NCBI GenBank assembly: GCA_964531375.1
Contig: CAZHDO010000004.1
Location: forward strand, 147 to 64,146
Source: an uncultured Candidatus Saccharibacteria bacterium
Lineage (GTDB): Bacteria > Patescibacteriota > Minisyncoccia > Phycocordibacterales > UBA12445
Direction: 5' to 3'
DNA: 64,000 nucleotides
The position numbers and the translations under genes were made by a program. Shown piece after piece: positions 1-8,295 of the stretch (the first letter of the stretch is position 1; every line of letters begins with the position of its first letter). The notes under the pieces are model-generated. The model saw nothing but the letters and a program-made list of their open reading frames with translations, made no database searches and had not been told where the DNA came from.

Positions 1-93
1 TCGAAAGCCAGAGCACGGTTTTCCCATTCCTTCCTCTACGGGGAAAAATACTTTTCCCTGACTCCTTTTTGTGCGAATCCCCTCCTAAAAGAT

Positions 94-119
94 AAAAATC
101 GCCGTTGTTGGCGATTTTT
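94..119. terminator. Intrinsic terminator-like hairpin downstream (minus strand) of the tRNA-Met 3' fragment
   Basis: AAAAATCGCC-gttgtt-GGCGATTTTT, perfect 10-bp stem with A/T tails. Confidence 0.75.
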
Positions 120-121
120 GT

Positions 122-169
122 AATTGTTGCGGAGACCGGATTCGCACCGGTGCCCCAAGGTTATGAGCC
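122..169. repeat. att site (distal copy): 3' half of tRNA-Met, 48-bp direct repeat
   Basis: AATTGTTGCGGAGACCGGATTCGCACCGGTGCCCCAAGGTTATGAGCC is identical to 25155-25202; identity ends just past the anticodon loop. Confidence 0.95.
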
Positions 170-288
170 AGCCTTTGTGGTTTCTAAAATATCCTTATAA
201 TTCCAAATTATTGTTGATATATAAGGTTAATTTTAGATATTTGGATTTATCAGAAATTATCAAATTTGTCATATATTCTCACTTTTTG

Positions 289-306
289 GGCAACGGGAGG
301 GCAACG
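289..306 (+). promoter_or_regulatory. Putative integrase arm-type site (GGCAAC-N5-GGCAACG)
   Basis: Same spaced motif at 25051-25068, just inside the other att site. Confidence 0.65.
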
Positions 307-381
307 TTTTTTGCGCTCTCATCTGTATTATTATCCAAAGTAGGCATGGTAAGCGAGAATAAAAAATGGCGAGCTTGGAAT

Positions 382-414
382 AAAAAGACCCCTTTTAAAA
401 GAGGGGGTCTTTTT
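382..414. terminator. Intrinsic terminator after the C39 peptidase gene
   Basis: AAAAAGACCCC...GGGGTCTTTTT hairpin. Confidence 0.8.
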
Positions 415-459
415 GTGGGTAAATTCTTATTTTAACCCCCACTTAAAATCACTAGACAG

Positions 460-969
460 CTATTTGTAAATAGCTATTATTTGTCTAATTATTAGTTCTT
501 CTGGTTTAAGAAAATATCCAGTAAAATCAAACCAAACTTTCATAAAATCTTCTTTATCTATTTTTCTTTCGTGTCCAATTTCAGGATCTTGTAAATAAAT
601 ATTTTTATCATCAATTCCAAAGGCAACAGAATAATGACCATCTGCAACTTCTGAATCGTCATAATCACTTCTCCCTCTCGTAAACCAATCAACAATCACA
701 GGCACACCTTTTTTTAACCAGTTCTCAATATCTTTAAAATCACACTCGTTTTTAATTTCAGCTTTTAAACCGAAGAATTCTACCGCTTTTACGATCCCTT
801 TATCGTCAACACCAATCCCCTTAACCAAGCCTGCAATTTTGGCAATTTCTTTTTCTGTCTTGTCTATTCCGTAATAGTTTAAAACTATTTTTAAAGATGC
901 TGGGCCGCACATATCGGCGTGTAGTGTTTCTTGGAATGGTTTTACGTCTAACATTATTTTCTTTTTCAT
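460..969 (-). CDS. C39-family (papain-like) cysteine peptidase, stand-alone
   Basis: Q-x5-CGPASL, GHY and QDP motifs (Cys-His-Asp triad); 4-bp overlap with the upstream gene. Confidence 0.85.
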   Translation of the reverse strand: MKKKIMLDVKPFQETLHADMCGPASLKIVLNYYGIDKTEKEIAKIAGLVKGIGVDDKGIVKAVEFFGLKAEIKNECDFKDIENWLKKGVPVIVDWFTRGRSDYDDSEVADGHYSVAFGIDDKNIYLQDPEIGHERKIDKEDFMKVWFDFTGYFLKPEELIIRQIIAIYK

Positions 970-2309
970 TTTTTTATATTATCCTGCTTAAAAATATGTG
1001 TCAATTTTTCATGAATATCTAACACTCTTTGTTTCGTTTTACCAAAAATAACACAAGAAAAAATACAATGATATGAATCAACCGCTACCAATACAACCCC
1101 CTCCTTTTTACCATTTATCGGAAAAAGTATTTGTTTAATTTTATTAAAGATATTTTCAGCTGATAGTATTTTTTCACCGTAGCAAAAAGAATCCGAAGAC
1201 AATGCTATTGTTTTACTAAACCAACGATCCCCAAATACGTGTCTAGTTAAATCATAAACATGAGTTCCACCTGTTCTTCTAACATTAGTCTCGATTGGAA
1301 ACGTTATCCCCTTTTTAGACATAATAAAATCTACATCCAAAAAACCTCGATAACCCAATTTAAAATAACGTTGACCAATCGCATTTCCAATTTTTCTTAT
1401 CTGTTTGTCTATGCTTGTTTTTACACAATTTTTGCCAATTACAATACCAAGAAAACATCCAAATTTATCAACAATCTGATTACATACATAAGTAATTTTA
1501 GAACATTTATCATCAATGAAAATCTCTAAAGACGGAGAGCTTTGGTCATTGTTAGATGAAGGAATAAACTCCTCAACAACAAAAGGATAAAAATTCCAAA
1601 TTGAATCGCTGTTTAATATTGACTTGATTTTACTTATCAACTCCTCTTCTGATGAATATTCGTCGCGGTGAACCATATAAACTCCCCAACCGCCCTCTCC
1701 TGAATATACTTTAATTATCGAGGATTTATTTTTTTTATACATCCAGACAACTGTATCTAAAACCTCTTTCTTGCCCCTACAGATAAAAAACTCTGGAACT
1801 GGTATAGATAAATCTTTCGTCTCGACTCTAAAACCCACCTTCGAACCGAGATAATCCACGAGCCACTGTGCGTTATTTAAAGGTTCCTGATCAACCTTAA
1901 ACAAAAGCTTTTGACCCCTTAATATATTAATTAATTTAGAAAAACTTTCAGTAAAACAATATGAAGAAATAATAATCTTTGGATTATCCCTGATAATACT
2001 AACAATCCTATCCATCAAACAACTATCGTTAATAATTGCATCCGATAAATTAATGTCCATATTCTCAGGAAACAAATTTACGATGTTTTCATACCCCAAA
2101 GACTTTGCATATAAAATAATAGATTTATCTACAGGAAAAGGTGTTATAACAATCTTATTGTCCCCTTCCCAAAACAAAAACCTACTAGACAAAAAATGCT
2201 CTTTGCGAATCTTAGATATTCTTTGAGCCTTGTCTTCGATACTGTTTATTATTGAGGAAAATGCTTCAGTATCATTGGCAATTATTATATTTTTAATTCT
2301 ATTTTTCAT
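966..2309 (-). CDS. ATP-grasp peptide/amide ligase-like protein with long N-terminal region
   Basis: IIKVYSGEGGWG, VVEEFI, GFLDVDF and IETNVRRTG ATP-grasp motifs. Confidence 0.75.
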   Translation of the reverse strand: MKNRIKNIIIANDTEAFSSIINSIEDKAQRISKIRKEHFLSSRFLFWEGDNKIVITPFPVDKSIILYAKSLGYENIVNLFPENMDINLSDAIINDSCLMDRIVSIIRDNPKIIISSYCFTESFSKLINILRGQKLLFKVDQEPLNNAQWLVDYLGSKVGFRVETKDLSIPVPEFFICRGKKEVLDTVVWMYKKNKSSIIKVYSGEGGWGVYMVHRDEYSSEEELISKIKSILNSDSIWNFYPFVVEEFIPSSNNDQSSPSLEIFIDDKCSKITYVCNQIVDKFGCFLGIVIGKNCVKTSIDKQIRKIGNAIGQRYFKLGYRGFLDVDFIMSKKGITFPIETNVRRTGGTHVYDLTRHVFGDRWFSKTIALSSDSFCYGEKILSAENIFNKIKQILFPINGKKEGVVLVAVDSYHCIFSCVIFGKTKQRVLDIHEKLTHIFKQDNIKK

Positions 2310-2325
2310 ACGTATTATAAGTTAT

Positions 2326-2372
2326 AAAAAAGAGGTGGCTAAGCTTTCGATCAGTCCACCTCTCTCTTTTTT
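2326..2372 (-). terminator. Terminator/attenuator-like hairpin between the two ATP-grasp genes
   Basis: AGAGGTGG...CCACCTCT stem followed by a T-run on the minus strand. Confidence 0.55.
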
Positions 2373-2389
2373 ATCACAAAAAATAAACA

Positions 2390-3391
2390 CTAAAGACCAT
2401 AACGCTTTTGAGCAATTAACAAAATTTGTTCAACAAGATATTCAAATGAATATCCGAGGAAACTAGCCATCATGGTAAGAGTATTATTCAAACCATGTGA
2501 ATTAGGACCAATGCCTGGGTTACAATTTGTCTCTAAAAGAAATATTTTTCCATCATCCGACAACCTGTAATCCATCCTCGCATAATCACAGCAGTCAGTC
2601 ATTAAAAATGCGATACGAGTATATTCTTGAAAAAGACGTACTAACTCGTCTGACAAAATCGCTTTTTCCATACCCTCTTTACCACCGCCCCACTTATACT
2701 CATACGAACGTATCCTCTGATAAGGCGGAATGTTTTCACCAAAAACAAACTCAAGAGGTGGAAAAATTTTAATATCTGACCGATTACCGATACAACCAAC
2801 AGAAATTTCTCTTCCCTGGATAAATTCTTCAACCAATACAGGTTGACGATACAACTGCGCGACATACTTAACCCTTTTTGAAAGCTCCTCTATACCCGAA
2901 ACAACACTGTCATAGGTTATGCCAATACTTGCATCTTCATACATCGGCTTAACAATAAGAGGAAACCTCAAATCAACAGCAACAACGTCTTGCTCAGGGT
3001 AAAATACCTGTCGCCTTGGAGTTGGAACGCCATATGTACTCAAAATTAAATTCATTTTCCCCTTATCGCGGGTAAAAATGAAGTTACGAAGAGAAGCACC
3101 TGTAAAGGGAATTTCCAGTGTTTCTAGAATCGCGATATTAAACACCTCACTGGAATTTGACCCACCAAAACCCTCTGCAAGATTAAAAACAATATCAACT
3201 TTTCCTTTTATCGCAGACAGCTTATCAAACAAATCAGGGGTTGATTCCATTAATTCAGCAGAATGACCCTTACTCTGCAAAACGTCCCGAACCAAGGGGG
3301 CAATAATGGTTATCTCTTTTTCACAAATCAGATCTTCTTTATTACCCCTCTTTAATGTCGTAGAAAGATTATACAGCACGATAATGTTCAC
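2390..3391 (-). CDS. D-alanine--D-alanine ligase-like ATP-grasp enzyme (non-canonical subfamily)
   Basis: VFNLAEG, IVKPMYEDASIGI, LVEEFIQGRE, YARMDYRL, LETNCNPG; GTG start with AAGGAG SD. Confidence 0.85.
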   Translation of the reverse strand: MNIIVLYNLSTTLKRGNKEDLICEKEITIIAPLVRDVLQSKGHSAELMESTPDLFDKLSAIKGKVDIVFNLAEGFGGSNSSEVFNIAILETLEIPFTGASLRNFIFTRDKGKMNLILSTYGVPTPRRQVFYPEQDVVAVDLRFPLIVKPMYEDASIGITYDSVVSGIEELSKRVKYVAQLYRQPVLVEEFIQGREISVGCIGNRSDIKIFPPLEFVFGENIPPYQRIRSYEYKWGGGKEGMEKAILSDELVRLFQEYTRIAFLMTDCCDYARMDYRLSDDGKIFLLETNCNPGIGPNSHGLNNTLTMMASFLGYSFEYLVEQILLIAQKRYGL

Positions 3392-3477
3392 TGGTTGTTT
3401 CTCCTTTAAAATGTTGGCTTAATTAAACAAAATTACGAAATTGCTCAATTTACGAAGAACTTAACCTCCTAAACATC

Positions 3478-3506
3478 AATCTATTCGAAACAAGTACCTT
3501 AGTCAA
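3478..3506 (-). promoter_or_regulatory. sigma70-type promoter for the Ddl-like gene
   Basis: TTGACT-17 bp-TAGATT on the minus strand. Confidence 0.6.
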
Positions 3507-3523
3507 ATCAAAATTAATTATTT

Positions 3524-5836
3524 TTACTTAGAATATAATCCCCTCTGCAAAGCATAAAAATTAGTCTGAATAGCTTCTACACCACCCAGCATTTGTTCTG
3601 CGTCTGAGATGGCGTGATATTTAAGGTTAAGTAATATTGGTAGTTGTTCCATACCGAGCTCATCAACACCTTTCTCCTCATACTTATCAAGAACGAAGTT
3701 TAGAAACTCCTTTTGTTTGTCGTCCAAGTCATCCAAGATAGCCACCCTGTTTGAAGCAACTCTATCTTTTCTAGAAATTGGCTGTGTAGCGAACTGAACA
3801 TAAGCAAGAACATCAAAGATATCGCTATCTTCGGCGCCTATTAATTTCTGAAGAACTTCTAACTCATCTCTACCATAACCGAGACCTGCTATCTTCTCCA
3901 AAAAGATCTTCCTAGTTTTTGGATCTGACCAGACCTTTCGCAACTCCTCTTCGTTCCTAAAGAAGTCGGGCATAATGCCAAACATATTCTGCATAAATTC
4001 TTCGACAGAAATCGGTCTTCCGTCTGCGCTCCAAAAAGAAGTGGCTATCATGTGCTGGATCTCTCTCTCCTTTCCATCTCGTAATTTTATTTTTAATTTC
4101 TTCACTGGTTCTTCTAATCCTTCCTGCACTTCGGATGATACTGGTGGATATTCGACGGCGGGTTTCTCTGCTTTTGGTTTTAGTGGATCTTCTGTTATAT
4201 CTGCTATAGGCTCCCCATCCCATTCAGGATCAGCAAAGTGATGATATGCGTCCACAAAATCTATAATAGTGAAATACTCTTTTCCTTCAAATAACCTTGT
4301 CCCCCTTCCGATAATCTGTTTGAACTCAATCATAGAATTAACCGGGCGCATTAAAACAATGTTCCTAATATTTCTTGCATCTACTCCGGTAGAAAGTTTC
4401 TGGGAAGTGGTCAGTATTGTTGGTATTGTTTTTTCGCTATCCTGAAACTCCTTCAAAAATTGTTCACCTCTTGTCCCATCATTTGCTGTAACACGGACAC
4501 AATAAAAAGGATCCTTACTCGTCTTATTTTGGTTTACAAGATCCCGGACAGCAGCGGCGTGCTCTTGCGTAGCACAAAAGACGAGAGTCTTCTCCTTTTG
4601 GTTTATCTCTTGAAGCATGAGCTTAACCCTCTTTTCCTCGCGTGCCTTTATTTCAATAATTCTATTAAAGTCTTCTTCTTTGTAAATTTTACCCTCTTCA
4701 ACTTCGCCCTCTATGATCTGGTCATCGGAAGTATAAACATACTCATCAAGTGTGGTCTGTATTCTTTTAACCCTAAACGGAGTTAAAAAACCATCATTAA
4801 TTCCTTCTTTTAGGGAATAAGTGTAAACAGGTTCTCCAAAATATTTATATGTGTCAACATTGTCTTTTCTTTTTGGTGTAGCAGTCATACCAATCTGAAC
4901 AGCCGGAGAAAAGTATTCTAAAATTGCCCTCCAGTTTGATTCATCATTTGCACCACCTCTATGGCACTCATCCACAAAAATTATATCAAAAAAGTCTTTT
5001 GGGTATTCACCATAGTATGGCGTATTATTCGGCCCACTCATAAATGTCTGAAATATAGTAAAGAAAACACTTCCATTTGTAGGAACACTACCCTTTTTTC
5101 TAATGTCCAATGGATTTATACGAACTAGAGCATCTTCTGGAAACACCGAGAAACCATTAAAGGCTTGATTTGCTAAAATATTTCTATCAGCCAAGAAAAG
5201 AATCCTAGGCCTTCTCACACAGTCCCGCTGTAAACTCCACCTTGTCTGAAAAAGTTTCCATGCAATTTGAAAAGTTATATCTGTTTTGCCTGTACCAGTG
5301 GCGAGTGTGAGAAGTATGCGCTGTTTATTTTCTGCGATAGCTTCTAGTGCTTTATTAACAGCAAGCTCTTTGTAATATCTAACACCAGAATCCCCAAACC
5401 TATTCTCAATAGTAATATCATTAAACTTCTCTCTCCATTCGTTTTGATCTGTATGAGTTCTATTCCAAAGTTCTTCGGGTGTGGGAAATTTGTCCACGTA
5501 TTCTTCATCACCCGTTTTCATATTTATCTGGTAAATTTCTTTACCATTAGTTGCGTAAGTATATTCTATTCTTAATTTTTGGGCATAAACTTTGGCTTGT
5601 GTGACTCCTTCTGTTGAGGGGTCATCTAATTTCTTAGCCTCAATTACAGCCAACTTTTCTTTTTTGTAAGACAAAATATAATCAGCTATCTCTGGCTTAC
5701 CACGGCCTCCACCCATTTGGATCTTTCCATCTGTAATACGAAACTCACGGTAGACTTTTGAGTCTTCAACAACACCCCATCCGCTTTCCTTAAGCTTTGG
5801 ATCTACATATTCAGCTCTTGTTTCTGATTCATTCAT
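3524..5836 (-). CDS. hsdR: Type I restriction enzyme R subunit (EcoAI/EcoEI-like)
   Basis: ADYIL...IEAKK nuclease motif, LATGTGKT Walker A, DECH box, QIIGRGTR, EcoEI-type C-terminus. Confidence 0.95.
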   Translation of the reverse strand: MNESETRAEYVDPKLKESGWGVVEDSKVYREFRITDGKIQMGGGRGKPEIADYILSYKKEKLAVIEAKKLDDPSTEGVTQAKVYAQKLRIEYTYATNGKEIYQINMKTGDEEYVDKFPTPEELWNRTHTDQNEWREKFNDITIENRFGDSGVRYYKELAVNKALEAIAENKQRILLTLATGTGKTDITFQIAWKLFQTRWSLQRDCVRRPRILFLADRNILANQAFNGFSVFPEDALVRINPLDIRKKGSVPTNGSVFFTIFQTFMSGPNNTPYYGEYPKDFFDIIFVDECHRGGANDESNWRAILEYFSPAVQIGMTATPKRKDNVDTYKYFGEPVYTYSLKEGINDGFLTPFRVKRIQTTLDEYVYTSDDQIIEGEVEEGKIYKEEDFNRIIEIKAREEKRVKLMLQEINQKEKTLVFCATQEHAAAVRDLVNQNKTSKDPFYCVRVTANDGTRGEQFLKEFQDSEKTIPTILTTSQKLSTGVDARNIRNIVLMRPVNSMIEFKQIIGRGTRLFEGKEYFTIIDFVDAYHHFADPEWDGEPIADITEDPLKPKAEKPAVEYPPVSSEVQEGLEEPVKKLKIKLRDGKEREIQHMIATSFWSADGRPISVEEFMQNMFGIMPDFFRNEEELRKVWSDPKTRKIFLEKIAGLGYGRDELEVLQKLIGAEDSDIFDVLAYVQFATQPISRKDRVASNRVAILDDLDDKQKEFLNFVLDKYEEKGVDELGMEQLPILLNLKYHAISDAEQMLGGVEAIQTNFYALQRGLYSK

Positions 5837-5872
5837 AGATTTATTTTATTGTATTTGTTTTAAGAAATATTT

Positions 5873-6415
5873 TTATTTCTTTTGTAATGAATTTGGTATC
5901 TGCTCAAGAATATTCAATAATAGACCAACTGCATTTTCTACACGTTTTAAATCACAGCTTTTGTCCCTTGGTTTACTAAAATGGAAAGTATTTCTAACGT
6001 CATTAATCTCTAAAATCTCTTCCGCCAATTTTTCTTGAATAAGTTTCTTATCTCTAAAAAATACTATAAGTTCTTTTAAACCAATTTGATGTTCCTTCTT
6101 TTCAGCTATTTCTTGAACAGCAATCACTACTGGAAAATCCAATTTTTCTTTATGCCTGTATCCTGGCAACAATTGACTTGGATATTTATATTCAAAATAT
6201 TCAATTTTCTCACCGCGTTCTTTAAAAAAATACAAAAGCACAGCTTCTATTATAGAGATAACATATAAAATTATTACCCTATACACCTCCTCTTGGTATA
6301 GCTTATTTTGTTCATTTTCTTTAGCCTGTTTTGTGTAAAGTACAAAAATAAACTCCATAGAGTCTTCTAAGATTTTACGAAGTCCGTCGTCTTTAATAAA
6401 CTCAAGGTCAGACAT
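5873..6415 (-). CDS. Putative HEPN-like helical protein
   Basis: IIEAVL helix and RNTFH motif near the C-terminus; lies between hsdS and hsdR. Confidence 0.55.
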   Translation of the reverse strand: MSDLEFIKDDGLRKILEDSMEFIFVLYTKQAKENEQNKLYQEEVYRVIILYVISIIEAVLLYFFKERGEKIEYFEYKYPSQLLPGYRHKEKLDFPVVIAVQEIAEKKEHQIGLKELIVFFRDKKLIQEKLAEEILEINDVRNTFHFSKPRDKSCDLKRVENAVGLLLNILEQIPNSLQKK

Positions 6416-6421
6416 ATTTTT

Positions 6422-6595
6422 TTAATCAGACTTCTTTTGAGTCATCTTCAATAACTTCGAAAGGGACGGCAGACCTTCCTTTTTTAAAACAGTATGAAGC
6501 TGGGTATCTGATCTATAGCCCAAATCAACACCATATTTTTTCTCTATAGTTTTAACTAAAGTATCTCCCCTCTTTTTAGATATTAGCTTACTCAT
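6422..6595 (-). CDS. Small 57-aa protein missing from the ORF track (MSKLISKKRGDTLVKTIEKKYGVDLGYRSDTQLHTVLKKEGLPSLSKLLKMTQKKSD)
   Basis: Translated by hand: ATG at 6595, TAA at 6422-6424; fills the gap between hsdS and the HEPN-like gene. Confidence 0.75.
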   Translation of the reverse strand: MSKLISKKRGDTLVKTIEKKYGVDLGYRSDTQLHTVLKKEGLPSLSKLLKMTQKKSD

Positions 6596-6614
6596 AAATC
6601 AAGTTTAACATATT

Positions 6615-7706
6615 TTAAATTTCACCGCCAAAAGCTTTTTTAAGGACAGATTTTTTGAGCTCATCTAGATCAGCAAGTTTTTTGCTGTAAATTTCTTCTA
6701 GTTTTTTGGTTTCAACAGAGAGATCTTCTAATTTTTTAACAATTTCCTTTTGTTCAGAAATAGATTTTGGAAAAATGATTTCAATTGTTTGAAGTTCAGA
6801 TTTCACAAGACTTGGTATAGTTGTTCCTCTATTCATACTTTTGAAATCAATACCTAAGCATAAATAATAGACAAACCTTTTATCGATATCATTTTCATTT
6901 TTTGGGTAAAAACCAAATGCTGTATCTACATTCCAAAAACGTTCATCAATATAAATTGGTTTACTGATATTTCCCTTTCTCCCGATAATTGTTGTCCCTG
7001 CTTCACAAATGAAATCAGTTGCATAACCCATTACATTTCCAGCACTACCCAAAATTTTGTATTCACCCTTTTCAGATAATACTGCTTGTTGATTTTTACC
7101 GTTCCTAATTTCAATCATTTCCCCCAACTCCCTTTCCTCCCAACTATCCCCCGGATTCGCAAAAATACTCTGTAAATAAGATTCAAAAAGTTCGTGGGAG
7201 TTTTTTATATTTTTCTCTGCGTTTTCTTTCGCCTTAGCTGTCTTCTCAAAAACTTCGTCTAGGATTTTCACGATTCGGTTTTGTTCTGGGAGAGGTGGAA
7301 GGGGGATTTCGAAATTCATCATCTCTTTCATGTTCGCTCGTGGCATCCTTGCCCCAGTGCAAGTATCATTTATTTTTTCCACTATCTCGCCAGAGGTTAT
7401 CCAGTAGAATAAGTATTTCTTATCCAAAGCATTATCAGTTTTTATAGGAAATATTTCAGTTGAGCAATGACCGTCAAAATTCGGCAATAAGACCTTGTTA
7501 AGATAAGGTCTAAGTCTTCCATATAGTAGATACTCTTTATTAAATTTAAAAGTCACACTTTTTACCTTACGTGGTTTTATTGAGCCTATAAATTTACCTG
7601 TATTAGACTCAATGTCTTCCATCCCAATATATGGCAAAGACTCACCGTTATTGGGAGATTTATCAAAACTAGAAACATCGCCAAGTTTTTTTATTTGCCA
7701 AATCAT
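6615..7706 (-). CDS. hsdS: Type I RM specificity subunit
   Basis: Two TRDs separated by conserved IPLPPLPEQNRIV and EQKEIVKKL...LKKAFGGE helices. Confidence 0.93.
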   Translation of the reverse strand: MIWQIKKLGDVSSFDKSPNNGESLPYIGMEDIESNTGKFIGSIKPRKVKSVTFKFNKEYLLYGRLRPYLNKVLLPNFDGHCSTEIFPIKTDNALDKKYLFYWITSGEIVEKINDTCTGARMPRANMKEMMNFEIPLPPLPEQNRIVKILDEVFEKTAKAKENAEKNIKNSHELFESYLQSIFANPGDSWEERELGEMIEIRNGKNQQAVLSEKGEYKILGSAGNVMGYATDFICEAGTTIIGRKGNISKPIYIDERFWNVDTAFGFYPKNENDIDKRFVYYLCLGIDFKSMNRGTTIPSLVKSELQTIEIIFPKSISEQKEIVKKLEDLSVETKKLEEIYSKKLADLDELKKSVLKKAFGGEI

Positions 7707-7710
7707 GATA

Positions 7711-8295
7711 TTAAAAGAATTTTTGAAGTAATGGGGATAAAACCTGCCAAACGGTTAAAGAATTTGCAGCGACCTCTACCATCTTGGAAATACCCTGCAT
7801 TAGATTTTTAACAACATTCTTTTTACGATTCTCTGGTTTTTGGAACAATTCTTTAGTAATAATATCCAGACTTTCAAGGATTTCATCTTGTTGGTCTTTT
7901 ATCAAGCAGGGTTCAGTCAAGATTTTTTCAGAAAAACTTTTTATATTATCTGCCAATTCTTTTTGGGATGAAGAATATAGGGAATCAATAGTCTGGTTTA
8001 AATTTTGAATATTACCAGAATTCAAAATACCAATTTGGCTATTACTTATGGCTATGTGGTTGTTGTTTATTGTTCCGCCAGAGACCAATACTGGTCGCTT
8101 TACTGGATATCTTGGACCCATACTTATCCCGAACATAGAATCAATACTATCCATGGAGTAGTTCATCTCTTCTCTTAACATCTGAATATTTTTTTCATTC
8201 ATCTCTCGTACTGTTGCGTAGCAGTTCAGACATAGTAGCACCTTTTGATCACCTATCTCATACATTGCGTTGTTACTGCATTGGTAACATTTCAT
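7711..8295 (-). CDS. Hypothetical protein with N-terminal CxxC...CxxC zinc ribbon
   Basis: CYQC...CLNC; overlaps the hsdM stop and abuts hsdS. Confidence 0.75.
   Translation of the reverse strand: MKCYQCSNNAMYEIGDQKVLLCLNCYATVREMNEKNIQMLREEMNYSMDSIDSMFGISMGPRYPVKRPVLVSGGTINNNHIAISNSQIGILNSGNIQNLNQTIDSLYSSSQKELADNIKSFSEKILTEPCLIKDQQDEILESLDIITKELFQKPENRKKNVVKNLMQGISKMVEVAANSLTVWQVLSPLLQKFF

Noticed and set aside
124-435. 103-aa ORF at the left end, and the similar ORF at 25087-25308
   Set aside because: They run antisense through the att/tRNA sequence and terminator; no protein-like features
170-3520. RiPP (graspetide) precursor peptide near the ATP-grasp genes
   Set aside because: No small ORF with a leader and repeated core seen in the flanking gaps, and no transporter
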